64,000 nucleotides of DNA from Octopus bimaculoides (GCF_001194135.2 NC_069006.1:16601763-16665762); one strand, 5' to 3'. Positions 12,831-26,210 are shown, numbered from the stretch's first letter. Notes: a model not told the origin generated them from the letters alone. Translations and numbers: made by a program.

Positions 12831-14720
12831 GCCAATATATATTATATATGTGCATGTGTGTGTGTGTACACACATACATACACACGCATACAGATAATGT
12901 ACTTTTACTTATTTTAGCTTCTGAACTGTGGTCATGCTGGAACACTACCCTGAAGGGTCATAGATAAATATATTGCCTTCAGTACTTTGGTGTTGTAAGA
13001 TACAATATACAAAGTGAACATCAGCATTTGAGAAGATCTTAATACTGAAGGGTATCTCTTTGCAAATGTGCCAGTTTTCAACCTATACAGAGTCTTTCAA
13101 CTTCAGCCCAGCACTCAGCCAACAGAGACTACCTATGAAATAAACTGATTGTATTTAATGGGTATAATGGAAACCTTATCTATCAACTGCAAGGTAGCAT
13201 GGTCCATATTAGTCCTCAATGATAAATTTGTTAACAGAACTCATTATTGTAATCACCACATCATGGTAAAGTATAAGAGGTTATCAAGAACAGCAAATAT
13301 TTTAAATAACAAAAATGAATTAGGAAATGCAAACATGGAAATAAATAAATATTACTTAGCTAGGCTAACTGAGACAATGTAGGTTAAATTAACTTGTCTG
13401 AAGATGGTGAGCTGGCAGAACTGTTAGAACGTTGGACAAAATACTCGGTAGCATTTATTCCAGGTCTTAACACACTGTTAAGACTAATGAAAGGCAAATA
13501 CTTTGCTTTTCATCCCTTTGGGGGCCAATAAAATAAGTATCAGTCAAATAATAAACTTGTACCTTACACCCCCGCCCCAATTGCTTGTCTTGTGCCAAAA
13601 TTTGAAACCATGATTAAATTGTCTGTCTAGGAACACAATAAAACACTTATATGAGAGAGAAATACTCTGAAATGAAACCTGTCATATTTGTAGTCTTTGA
13701 TATTTTCTTGCTCCTGCACAATCTATTTTTGCTTGTTAGTTTAATGGCTTCAAACATTCAGAGGTAGTAGTTGTTTCCAACAAAAACATTTGCCATAATG
13801 AAATTTAATGTGTTAGTACTTCTTTTAGTCTTTTTTTTTTTTTTTTTTTTTTTTTTTTCTTTTTTTTTTTTGCTATTTACAATTGAAAATGCTTTCCACA
13901 ACAAGTCATACTCAAGCTTCTTGGAATCCCCAAAATAAATCATCCATCATCCACTGCAACATCTGGGCCATCACGTACATCTACAGCAATGAAGTTTTGA
14001 CGTCTCCACATCAGTCTCACTTGTGAAGACATGGAAAATATAATACAAGTAAGAGTAGTCCTGGTTCTCCAGTCAATAGCATGTTACATCCTCTGTAGAG
14101 TGTTGGTTTTGTCGTTTTGACATGTCTGCCCTTCTGAAAACCCATAGTAGGGAGTCACTAGAACTTAATGGAGTGGGTAGCACAAAAGGTAGCCATTCTT
14201 GATTGTGAGTTGACAGCCACCATCTCACAAACGCACACATACATTCACACAATTTCTATCTACCAAATCCACCAAGAAGGCACTGGTCAACACAAGGCTA
14301 CAGTAGAAAATATGTACCAAGGTGCTGCACAGTGTGACTGAAAAGATTCCCTTTTCCTAATCTGATTATGTCACCTTGACTGTATTAAAGATGCTGGGAG
14401 CATCGATAAAATCAAGATGATACAATTACATTGAGAAACCTTATTGAGTTGCTACAGATTTTTTTTTGCAAAGCAACAAGATTGATAGAAGTAATTTTGC
14501 TTTGAATCAGAAAATGTGTCAAAACATGTCAAGTTATAACTCCAATATTATTGAACCTTAAGACTAAATAAATTTGAAATGCATAAACAGGTGTTCATAT
14601 ACAGAATCATTTAAATGGACAATGCAAAATCTTAGCAACTCAGTAATTTGCTCTGTACAGTGTAGAAAGATGAAGCAAATAGGTGGGAAAAAAATAAACA
14701 AATCTATCTAGCAATAAATT

Positions 14721-14940
14721 TGAGGGGGTGCCGAAAAGTTCCTGGCTTTAAGGGTCTCACAAAAGGCCTGGTCGGAGGCTCAACCTTCTGAGTTTTTTTT
14801 TATGGAGCTTAGAAAAACTGAAGGACTGCTGCAATAAGTGTATGAATCTGAGAGGGGAATATGTTGAATAAAATCATAATTAAGTGATCCTTTTGTATAT
14901 TCTTTTACCCAAAAGCCAGGAACCTTTCAGCACCCCCTCA
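14721..14940 (+). mobile_element. Mariner-derived MITE, 220 bp
   Basis: 29-bp TIRs with 2 mismatches (tgagggggtgccgaaaagttcctggcttt / aaagccaggaacctttcagcaccccctca); internal remnant CNKCMNLRGEYVE* of a mariner C-terminus. Confidence 0.85.
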
Positions 14941-15006
14941 TACATCACATCACGGATAAAGACAGGCATTAATTAATGCCTTGAATCGGTTACAGAAACT
15001 GCTTAC

Positions 15007-15135
15007 CTGACAAAAACAGAAAACAGTGAGGAGTATATTAACTAAAACAGTAGTCCAGGTAACCAACTCGGACTGAAGAATAACATCATCAGGTCCAGGT
15101 TCAAGAGGACACATAGTGTCATTAACTGACTGCAT
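15007..15135 (-). CDS. Candidate alternative first coding exon of a motor-less MYO18 isoform with predicted TM helix: MQSVNDTMCPLEPGPDDVILQSELVTWTTVLVNILLTVFCFCQ
   Basis: ATG with A at -3, in-frame TAG shortly upstream, strong phase-0 donor CAG|gtaagc, unique protein-like sequence. Confidence 0.55.
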
Positions 15136-16475
15136 TCTTATTTCCAGCAAGCACTACACTGCACAGCAGATCATTAGAATGGTGGCAGAAAATACACACC
15201 AATCTTCCTGGTAACTCACCCTTACCTCTCACCTTCATAACACCCACTCATGGCACACATGGCTGACCAATCAATCAAGAATTGAGTACAGCAGAAGAAT
15301 GTCTTTTGAGAAGGGTTTTTTTTTTTTTTTTTGTTATTCTGCCATCTATAACCAAAGTGATAAAAGGTAAAACACTTTTAGGAGTCTGAATGGAATTAAA
15401 AGCAACAGTGTGCCAGAGTAGAGGAGATATACTTTCAACAGTAGCAGAAGAGAGTGGGTTGAGGAGTTTATTGTACACATACTGTTGGAACACAAAAGAT
15501 TGTAAGGGTGGATGTGGCATGGTGGAAGTTTCCCATTCATACATCTGTTGATAGGAGAGAAATAGTAAATAGACATAGAGATAGACAACACATATGTCTT
15601 ACAAGTAAATTCTGGTCAAGAAATTTATTGTTTGGAAACAGAAGAAACAATAGAATGCATTTCTTGCTTTGTATTTGGATCAAGTAGGTGAGGGTTCAAG
15701 TGTGGGGAACTACACCTAGTTGGCAGCAGTTGTTTAGCCACAGTTCAATCTTCATTGAAAGTATTCCAGCCATGACCATCCCAGCTGAGTCCTTCCATGT
15801 TTAAGACACTGGCAGTTTGATTTTATAGAAACTTGGCTGCTATTTCTAGTCAATCGAGAAACCACATAAGGCACCCTGATTAGTTTAACGTTATTTCATG
15901 CATGCCTCTTTGCAGTTTCTCTTTAGTTCAATCCTCATGAAAAATGTTCCAGCCATAACCGTCCCGTCTTTTATCTATAGTCTAAGTAGGATTACATTAT
16001 ATAATGTGCCCTCCATTGTTGTTATTCTTTAACCCTAGGTCAGCCATGATCTAAGTGACCTATGTTTAAAAGTGTTCTAGCTGTGATCATTTTGTCTTTT
16101 ATTTGGACCCTATATCTTGGATAACATTATGCAATGTGTTCCTCCTCTTTCAAGATGTCAGAGTGGGATTTCTAGTAAGTTAAACTAATCAGGGTGCGTT
16201 GAGTGACTACTTAGGTCTCCCCACTCCCACCACCATAAGAGTCTTATCTATCACAGGTAACTTTCTAAGGTGAACTGTGGTAATTTTAAACAAGGTACTG
16301 AAGGCAGAATCTCAACAAAAGCTCACAAATAAAGGAAAAACTGTTCTTGGGTTAAAGAGAGTGAAATTTAAAAATGCCGTCTAGATTACGCAGGTTCCAA
16401 CTGCTAGTAGCTAAGATACCAATTTCCTACATTGATAACTCTCTGACCCATGCCAGCATGGAACATAGACGTTAG

Positions 16476-17640
16476 TTGCCTGTTCAGAAGACTATCTTAA
16501 CACGGCCACTCCTAGAAATTAAAAGCAAGATCAAACTCTATCGTGAAAAGGAAAGAGCAGACAGAGAGAGAGAGAAAAGGGCTGTGGAAAGCATAAAAAC
16601 AAATCCCAAAGCTTTCTATAAATTCGCAAAGGAAACAGCCAGAATACAATGTAAAATAGGACTATTGTTCCAAGGAAATGACTCACTGATGACAGACCCA
16701 GGAAGGGTAAGTGAGATACTCAGTGAACAATTTAAAAGTGTCTTCATTTCACCCCTTGGACACATGCAGATAAAAAATCCAGCTGAATTCTTTGATATTG
16801 CAGGTCTAAAAAAGGAGGCACCAGCCATTGGTTACATCAACATTGAGGAAACAGATGTAACAGTGGCCATAGAAGAAATGAGCTCATGCTCCACTACTGG
16901 TCCTGATGGCTTCCCAGCTATTCTCCTAAAGTCATGTAAGCAGGCTTTAGTTTCCTTGTAAGTGGAATACTTCATAAAAAAACTGAAAGAAGGCATTATA
17001 TGCCCTATCCACAAAGGTGGAAGCAGAGCAGAGGCCAAAAACTACAGGCTAATCTCTCCAACTTCGCATATCAGTAAAGTCATAGAGCGAATCATCAGAA
17101 AGAAGTTGATAATGTTCCTAGAAGAAAATGACCTACTGAACAATACACAGCATGGCTTCTGTCCAGAAAGAAGCTGCCTTACACAGCTCCTACAGCACCA
17201 TGACTGGGTTTTGAAACAGCTGCTTGACCACTCAGATGTCAGCATGATATACCTTGACTTCCCAAAGGTATTTGATAAGGTAAATCATGGCGTGATAAGT
17301 CATAAGCTACGAGACATTGGCATTGCTGGTAAACTGGGAGAGTGGCTGCATGACTTCTTGAAAAACAGAAGCCAGCTAGCTGCAGCCAATGGTGCACTTT
17401 CTGAGGAAACTCAAATATTAAGTGATGTCCCCCAGGGAACTATTCTGGGGCCATTACTGTTCATAATAGCCCTCTTAGACATGCCCACAGTCATTCAGAC
17501 AGCTACTGTCACTAGCTAAGCCGATGATACAAAATTATCACAGGCAATAAAAAACCAAGATGATGTCACAAGCTTACAGTGGGACCTAAATTCAATATTC
17601 AAGTGGGCCAAAATAAACAACATGCTGGAATATTTCAGGC
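16476..17640 (+). mobile_element. CR1/L2-group LINE reverse transcriptase pseudogene fragment
   Basis: GPDGFP, PIHKGGSRAEAKNYR, QHGF, IYLDF.K.FDKV, VPQGTILGPLLF motifs; in-frame stops at 16961 and at the Tyr of YADD (17517-17519). Confidence 0.93.
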
Positions 17641-17829
17641 ATTGCACTATCAACTCACCAACACAGTACAATCTACATATACAGGACCCGAAGGCACTAC
17701 AATCCCAGAGTCATCAGCTGAAACGTGATAACAGCAAACAAGATGAGAATACCTATTCGTCCATTGTAAATAATGTAAATAATTTCTCAACCCCAAAATA
17801 TAGAATAATCCTGAAATCACTTATTGAAA

Positions 17830-17990
17830 ACAACTTCCAAGCCAGATTCCAAAAGTGGTAGGAATGCTGGGACTGGTGTATTGCTGTGCAAGGGGACTAT
17901 TTCGAAGGAGACGATGTTAAAACTTGGGTAAATAAGTTAATATTTTTTTTATTAAACGTAACTAATCCTGGAACTTTCTGATACTATCTC
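17830..17990 (+). mobile_element. Mariner 3' end fragment
   Basis: FQKW*ECWDWCIAVQGDYFEGD resembles the mariner C-terminus. Confidence 0.65.
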
Positions 17991-18244
17991 ATAAATTAAT
18001 CGCCCCAATTATTCACACACACACACAAAGCTTCTTTTCAGTTTTCATCTGCTGAGTCCACTGACAAGGCTTTGCTCAGACAGGGTGCCGCACAGTGCAA
18101 CTGAACTTCAAACCACATGGTGTGGAAGCAAGCTTCTTAATCACACAGCCACACACACACACTGAGAGAGAGAGAGAGAGAAAGAGAGAGCGAGATAAAG
18201 AGAGAGAGAACAAGAGATGTCTATGTTAACACATATACATGTGT

Positions 18245-18830
18245 GTGTGTATAAATGACAAATGAGAATGGATGAGGATAGCTGCGTGAAAAAGTGCCAC
18301 ACCCTAACAGTTGAGGGAACCCGTGGAAGAGGTAGGCCCAGGAAGACCTGGGCTGAGGTGGTGAGGCAAGACCTTCGTACATTGGGCNNNNNNNNNNNNN
18401 NNNNNNNNNNNNNNNNNNNNNNNNNNNNNNNNNNNNNNNNNNNNNNNNNNNNNNNNNNNNNNNNNNNNNNNNNNNNNNNNNNNNNNNNNNNNNNNNNNNN
18501 NNNNNNNNNNNNNNNNNNNNNNNNNNNNNNNNGTAGGATTTTCAAGTGAGATCGTTGCCAGTGACCCTGGACTGGCTTGTGCGGGTGGCACATAAAAGAC
18601 ACCATTTCGAGCGTGGCTGTTTTCGTGCGTGTGACACGTAAAAGCACCCACTACACTCTCTGAGTGGTTGGCGTTAGGAAGGGCATCCAGCTGTAGAAAC
18701 TCTGCCAAATTAGATTGGAGCCTGGTGTTGCCATCCGGTTTCACCAGTCCTCAGTCAAATCGTCCAACCCATGCTAGCATGGAAGGCGGACGTTAAACGA
18801 TGATGATGATGATGATGATGATGATGATAT
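18245..18830 (+). mobile_element. RTE LINE 3' end with (GAT)n tail (gap inside)
   Basis: MRMDEDSCVKKCHTLTVEGTRGRGRPRKTWAEVVRQDLRTLG followed by the family 3' UTR ending ggacgttaaacgatgatgat. Confidence 0.88.
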
Positions 18831-19824
18831 AAATATTTATATATTTATAGAGGCAATGAGAGAGTAATAAACATGTGGTAATATTCCAGCCATTGTGCTG
18901 ACGGTGACCCTTGAATCTCTATACAAGCTGAGAGCAAAAAAAAAACAAAACAATTCTTTACCCCACCCCCCACTGGCTTTCCATACATATTTCGTCCAAT
19001 TTCCTTAAAGATTGAACTAAACACAAACACAAGCATTTGTATAAATAGATAATTGATCTTTGAACAACAAAACACTTGTAACACTTCTTTATAGTAATTC
19101 AGCTCCACCCTAATTATTTGCTTATTCAGAGAAATCTTTTTGACCTTCGACACAGCCGAACCAGCTGATGATAGGTGGGTGAAATGACTGGACAAAATAT
19201 CTTCAGGGTTATCTCATGACTGCCACCACCAGCTTGCTGTTAGCAAGTCCAACAGTCTGCAGGATATGGATTCTATTTTGCCCATCGAATAACATTTTCT
19301 TGACGAGTGTCTTTACTTGATATTTGCTTCATAGACCCAGGCATTCCTATGTAAGAAATTTGCATCTCAGTCACATGATTTGGGTTCAGTTCCACTGCAT
19401 GGGGGCACTTGGGAAAGAGCTTGCTATTATAGCCCTAGGGCCAACCAAAGCTCTGTAAGTGGATTTGGTAGATGGAAACTGAAAGAAGCCCATTATGTGT
19501 GTGTGTGGATGTCCATGCCATTAAGGTAGTGCTCCAGTATGGCCACAAACCAAAGACTGAAGCAAATAAATAGTGAACTGGAGACAAAATCAGTAGAGTG
19601 ATGGAAGAAATTACTTTTATGGCTTAGTTACATCACTTTGCCCTGTGCACTCAAATCCAAACTGAGGTTAACTTTGCCGTTTATTCTGCCAGAGGAGGGG
19701 GAAGGCAGTTTGTAAAAATACTAAGGTCGATTTAATCAGTTATCTTCGTCACAACTCCTACATTGCTGGCTTTGTACCAATATGAGGAAACAATATTTGT
19801 CCCAGGGCACCTCTGTAACTCAAA

Positions 19825-19881
<57 letters not shown>

Positions 19882-19883
<2 letters not shown>

Positions 19884-20150
19884 TCCTATCATAGTAGGTG
19901 CCTTAGGTATAATATAAAAATATTCAGACAAATACATAACAAAAACACCAGGACTTACAAATATATATAACATACAGAAAATTGCACTACTGGGCACTGC
20001 ACACATCCTACGCAAAACACTTTCAATACAGTAACCATAAGAGCACCACAGCAAACCACAGCACATACCCAAGGCACACAGAGCTGCGCTCGGTAGTGAA
20101 GTGAAAGCACGTTATAAAAATAAAAATAAAACTACTGAATAATAATAATA
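19882..20150 (+). mobile_element. R4/Dong-type non-LTR retrotransposon 3' end in an (AAT)n tract
   Basis: IPIIVGALGII*KYSDKYITKTPGLTNIYNIQKIALLGTAHILRKTLSIQ*, then a short 3' UTR; (AAT)n on both sides. Confidence 0.85.
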
Positions 20151-21386
20151 ATAATAATGATAATGAAAATGATAATGGTTTCAAATTCTGTCACAAGGGC
20201 AGCCATTAATAAATAATAGCAACAACAAAAATATAATTTGTTATGAAAAACATCACTCCTCTCACTATTATTTACCACACTTAAGGTGACAAGCTGGCAG
20301 AATCATTAGCATGCAGGGTAAAATGCTTAGTGGCATTTTCGTCCGTCCTTTCATTCTGAGTTCAAATTGTGCCGAGGCTGACTTTGCCTTTCATCCTTTT
20401 GGGGTTGGTAAAATAAGTACCAGTTGAGTACTGGGGTCGATGTAATCAGCTTAACCCCTCCCCGAACTTGCTGGCCTTGTGCCAAAATTTGAAACCGTTA
20501 TTGACCACACTTTATCTCTTTCTATATGTATCATCTCACACATTGCTTTCATTTTGTTTAAAGCTTTATCTTGTAATGTTTACTTGTATTTTATCAGATA
20601 TCACATACAAATCCTCTTTTCCGGATCAAACTTTAAACCTCTGTAACATAATTTTTCTGGAATAAATGAGTCACAAATTCAGATTCAGCATGAAAAAGTA
20701 CACCAATATACCAATTTTGAATATTTTTACTTAATTTTAAAATTTTAAAATCTGTAACAGCAACAGAGAATTTCTCCTTATTTGTCTATCTCTTTCAGTT
20801 TTTGCTTTACACATGGTAAATTTTTCCCCTCTCTCTATATATATCACACTCTATATATTTATCACACTCTCTATAAAAGTATATAGCTCATGCTTAGTGT
20901 GTGTGCATGTGTGTAACGAATTTCAATAGGTTAACAAAGTGGTTTAAAAAAGGTATGTAAAAGATTATTTATGTTAACAGCATATGTTTCTGCTTGTAAA
21001 TGTTTTATCTTACACACACATGAATTGCTTGGTGTGAAGTGGAGGATTTAAACTATAAATTTTTTAGTTGTTGCTGAAATCTCAACAATGGACCATCACA
21101 CCATCATTTGATAAAATGTGTTTATAGGGAAAAAAAAATATTTAAAAACATCAATACATGTGACAAAAAAATGAGTAAGGTACAAGGTGGTTGTGAATGT
21201 GCTAGAAACAACAGCAAAATCTCTCTTAAATCACACACCTTTTTTTATCTGAAAATTATTTTGAAATTATAAATAGAAACAAATTGCAGATTTAGACTAT
21301 CCCTATTTTAGAACTATGATTAAAAAAATTCCAAAGAGCCAACATTTTAGGATTTAGGGTAGGAGTGGGGGAAACCAATGATATGC

Positions 21387-21426
<40 letters not shown>

Positions 21427-21429
21427 CAC

Positions 21430-21810
21430 AGGCATGACTGTGTGGTAAGAAGTTTGCTTCCCAACCACATGGTTCTGGGTTCAATCCTACTGCATGGCAA
21501 CTTGGGCAAGAGCTTTCTACTTTCGCCTTGGGTCAATGAAAACCTTGTGAATGCAGTATGCAGTTCATAAATGGAAACTGAAAGAAGCCTGTTGTATGTG
21601 TGTGTGTGTGTGTGTGCATGTGTGCATATCTTTGTGTTTGTATCCCACTACACCACTTGACAACCAGTGTTGGTTTGTTTACATCCCTGTAACTTAGTGG
21701 TTCGGCAAAGGGGCCTATAGAATTTTTAAAAAGGGCTGGGTTGATCTGTTCAGCTAGAAATTCTTTGAGGCAGTGCCCCAGCATCGCCACAGTCTAATGC
21801 CTAAACAAAT
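21430..21810 (+). mobile_element. SINE family A, diverged copy
   Basis: Family head, core and tail recognisable. Confidence 0.8.
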
Positions 21811-21823
21811 AAAACATAAAAGA

Positions 21824-21856
<33 letters not shown>

Positions 21857-22076
21857 GGGCAGGGAATTGTCAATTAGTAATAGAATTAATAATTAACAAT
21901 TATGCCAAGTAGTTCCATTAGAGAAAAATTTGTAGTTTGGAATCAGTAGTTCTTTGACTGCTATTTCTAAATTTTCAGTATGTTGGAGAAGCAACTCAAG
22001 CTAATCCCTGTATATTTATGAGTATATATATATATTTGTATATATATNNNNNNNNNNNNNNNNNNNNNNNNNNNNN

Positions 22077-22161
<85 letters not shown>

Positions 22162-23346
22162 AATACAGATATCATTCTTTTGTCACTACTATTGCTGTCA
22201 TCCATGTATCTATTGCTCATGCTTCTAGCACTCATGGCCCTTACTGCTTATTTCTCAATTACTACCACTCCTTCTAAATCTCACTTTACTACTTTACTAG
22301 TGTGACTAAGGATGGTAGTGGATCTCGGTTGTTCACCATACAGTGCTTCCAGTATAAAACTAAGGATGCTAACACTCTCACTAACACTCCAGCCTCTTTC
22401 TCTCATCCGTTATCACTGCTTCACCCATATTGAGACATTTACTTAAAAACCCTCCACAGATTCACATGTACCCCATAAACTCTACCTGTACTCTCTTCTA
22501 AGTTGTTTCGTATTGACACTCATCATTCACCATCAAGGTTTATCTACTTCTTCTGATCCCTCACCCATCACATTCTCACTTCTATCCTCCCTGGTGCTGG
22601 TATCACAATAAAATGACCTCAGTGCATTCTGTTAAGAATGGAGAGAAGAGATCTTTTCAGTCTTGTCAAAGACATGGTAACCTCCCTAGTGTTGGTGCCT
22701 CAAAAATCAAAATTCACCTAATGCATTCAGAAAAGTAACTGTTGATGTTAGGAAGGACATCCAGTTATAGAAACCAAGCCAAAATGAAACTTATAAGCAA
22801 TGTGGTCATTTGATCTATTTGGGAGTGCAGCAACAAGGTATGGCACCTCTACAAGCATGGAAAGTAGATGTAAAGTAATGATGACTGTAATGATATATAA
22901 TCATACATATATACACATCTACATATATTCAGTCAACAGCTGAAATCTAGAGATGCTCAATATAAGGTCTTTATTGAGGACTAGGTCCATGGAGTAAAGA
23001 GTGGCTATAAGAGAAATCTAGGTGAACTGATACGAGATAGTCATGCAGATAAATACAATAAGGTTTAGATATATATAAATATACATACATATACATATAC
23101 ACAGAGAGACAACTAAAAAATTCATCCTCAAACCCAACAAATTCATTTACGTGTGTGTGTGTGTGTGTGTAGTTGTAGGCAGAGCAGTAAAAGTTAAACA
23201 TTGAGGAAGGGAATTTATGTGGGGTTTGGTGTAGAGTTGCAACCATCCAACTGTTGCACCCTTGCACAAACTGAACAAGATAAGCGGCAGAACACATGAG
23301 ACCGAGGAGCAGGGTAGGGCTTAAAAAAAAAAATGATAATACATAC

Positions 23347-24015
23347 ATTGAACTCTGAACCATGAAGCTGGGGTCCCATTTTATAGTGGGACCGTATAAG
23401 AAGCTGAGGAAGTTCAGCAAATTTGCCCTTGGTGTTGTTGTTGTTGTTGTTGTTGTTAACGTTATCTTCTTCATCACTGGAAGTAGTGATCCAACAGCGA
23501 AAGTTGTTGCATATGAAATCCTTGACCGAGTATTCCAGCGACAGAGACGTGTCACAAGAAGAGTAGGCAGAAGAGGAAGAAGAGAGGGAACTGGCTAAAG
23601 AGGAGCACGATTCGAAGGAAGAGAAGGAAGATTCCAAGGAAAGAAACCTGGTTTGGGGAGCAGCACTGTGAAGGCTGCTTAGATCCTCGTCAATGTAGGA
23701 AATAAGATCATCCTCATCTGAGAGCGGCAATTTGGTCTTGGTTTTCCCCTCACTTTTGTCTGGACTTTCAGCAGGTAGACATGGGTAAGACAGTAAAGGT
23801 AACACAGCTGTAGTAGTTTTATTTCCCTCGTCTGGCTCTTCGGCAAGGTATTGTGCAAGTAACAGGTTTTCGGAGGGCATGATAATCATGCAGGAAATAT
23901 AACTGTTCAGCTGATTGCTAAATTCAGGGTGAAGGACGGAGTCTGGCCACTTCACAGGACACCTTGAGCTCGTGCTTACTGGTAGAATTTGGTGGGTACT
24001 GATAAGTTCTTCCAT
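23347..24015 (-). CDS. Candidate alternative first coding exon of a motor-less MYO18 isoform (223 codons, Ser/Asp/Glu/Asn-rich, disordered-looking)
   Basis: Longest gap-free ORF in the window (266 codons); acaATGG Kozak context; long pyrimidine tract and cag acceptor (exon start 24031); phase-0 donor AAT|gtatgt at 23347; a second phase-0 donor CCA|gtaagc after codon 12 (23980). Confidence 0.6.
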
Positions 24016-25039
24016 TGTTGTATAACAGGGGCTGAGAGGGAAAGAGAGAGAAAGAGAGAGAGAGAGAGGGAGTGGATTGAAGGCAAAGACGAGTGGGGAG
24101 GGAGTGGAGAAGGGAGGTGTATGAAATATGTGGTGAAAAAAAATTAAGGGATACCAATATGAAACTGTGCCTCAAAGGAAATGGTGATTGAAGAACTGGT
24201 TGTTTGAGAGTGAAGGGTGCCTAAAGTTCCGTGGGAAGAAGGGTTCATAGTTATACCTTAACTACTGCAGGTAGCGAAACAGTGGATGGGACAGACAGGA
24301 TTGAAGGGACTGTGTGAGAAGAGTCTACCCCGGAAGACTGAGAAAGGTATTCTAACTAAACTGGCTTAGTTACAGTAGTAGCACAGAGAGAAGGGGAGAA
24401 GGCAGAAGAGAGAGTGTGAGAAAGAGAGAGAGGCAGGGAGGGGATTATCAAGTAAACAGACTGTGAATACCAACTAACAGACAAACAGCAGATGTGATGG
24501 AGGTGGAGGAGGTGAATGTAGGTGTAAGTGAATCAGATGGTAGTGAGACATCATCATCATCATCATGGGTACTGTACAGACAGTGTGTGTGTGTGTGTGT
24601 GTGTATGTGGGGGTGGGGGAAGGAAGGGTGGTTGTAGTGTGAAGGTAAGGACAACAGAAGAAGGTGAACATCAACAGAAAGTCTGGTGAGGAGACTGACA
24701 GAGGAAGTAGTTACAATGTTCAACAGCAGCGGCAATTATAACTACTACTACTACTACAGTAGCATTAACAGCGGCTACAACAACAGTAAAAACAACAGTA
24801 GTAAGAACAGTACTCCATCTCTATATATCAAAGTATAATGCTTGCATGGCTTATTGTGTGATTATAAACACACACACACACACATTGAAATACAGGTATA
24901 CTCAAATATACAGAGAATCTCCAACCACAAATTCTCATTTAGGGATCCTGGAAAGATGTCATGCCGCGTCCTTTGTTGACCACATATGGCACCTGAAGGA
25001 CAAAGGGAAGATCCTGGAAAAACTAAGTCCCTAAAGGAG

Positions 25040-25870
25040 ACAACCCCTTGTGCTTGGTCTTTCTTCTTGGTATTCACACCAGAAGCTCCAATACAAACAT
25101 TTCAGAGTGTTTGAGTGTCGATCTGAGGACAGTGCAGAGGATGTGGAAAGAGTTGGATGAGTCTATTGATGATTATGAAGGTATGGCAGATCAGAAAATT
25201 CACTCTGATCATTCTAATAAGAAAAGAACTCCTGAATTTATTGGTGAGGTCCCGGTCATGATTGACAACAATCCCTCCAAGTCAATCAGGTTCATCACCA
25301 GGAACATGGGAGTGTCTGAGTTTCTTATCAGGCAGGTAGTGCATGAAAACATTCAGTATTTCTCATACAAGATGAGAAAGGGCCAGTTTTTATCCCAAGT
25401 CATCAAGGACAAGAAGAAACACCATGCTACAAAAGCTTTTGAATAAATTCAAGCATACCCTCCAACCGAACATGCCTTGGTTGTTCTCAGATGAGAAAAA
25501 ATTCTGTCGGGATTAGATGGTGAACACACAGGTCAACCGTTGGCTTGCTGTATCCCCAAAACATGTACCGAGAGTGATACAGGTCAAACATCCAGTCAAC
25601 ACAGACTCCAGCTCAACACAGAGGCCTACATCAAGTTCCTGGAGGAAGTAGTGCTGCACTGAGTGAAGAGGGTGGCTACTAGAAGACCCTGTATCTGGCA
25701 ACAGGGCTCTGCACCATGCCACACAAGCAGGAGAGCCCAGTCATCCCTGTCAGACAATTTCTGCAACCATATCACCCCTAACATCTGGCCACCTAACTCC
25801 ATAGACTGAAACTCCCTTGTAACACCAAAGATGAACCGAAGGCAAGGATTATGACAGCTTTCACCAACTT
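25040..25870 (+). mobile_element. Tc1/mariner superfamily (maT/DD37D-like) transposase pseudogene
   Basis: KRTPEFI...SKSIR...FSYKMRKGQFLS, FSDEK, WQQGSAPCHTS, HITPNIWPPNS motifs with frameshifts. Confidence 0.8.
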
Positions 25871-26210
25871 AAACAAAGAAACCATCTTCTCTAGAACCTC
25901 ATATCACCAAACATCTTGCTCCACTGTCATTTCCTCTGTGAGCCCCAACATCCTAAGATCAGTCCTTACCACTTCATCCCATGTCTTTCTGGGTCTCTCT
26001 CTTCCACAGGCACCATCTACTTTCAGTGACAGGCACTTCAGTATACAGCTGTCTTCACTCATACACATCACGTGTCCAAACCAATGCATTCTCCTCTCCT
26101 GCATACCACATTTAATCCCTCTCGTGCCCAACTTTTCTCTCAACACAGTTGTGCTTTGTCAGTCATGCACTCCGATGTAGCAAATCGGACGAAGCATACT
26201 AGCTTCATTC
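25870..26210 (-). mobile_element. RTE LINE fragment
   Basis: HWFGHVMCMSEDSCILKCLSLKVDGACGRERPRKTWDEVVRTDLRMLGL. Confidence 0.88.
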
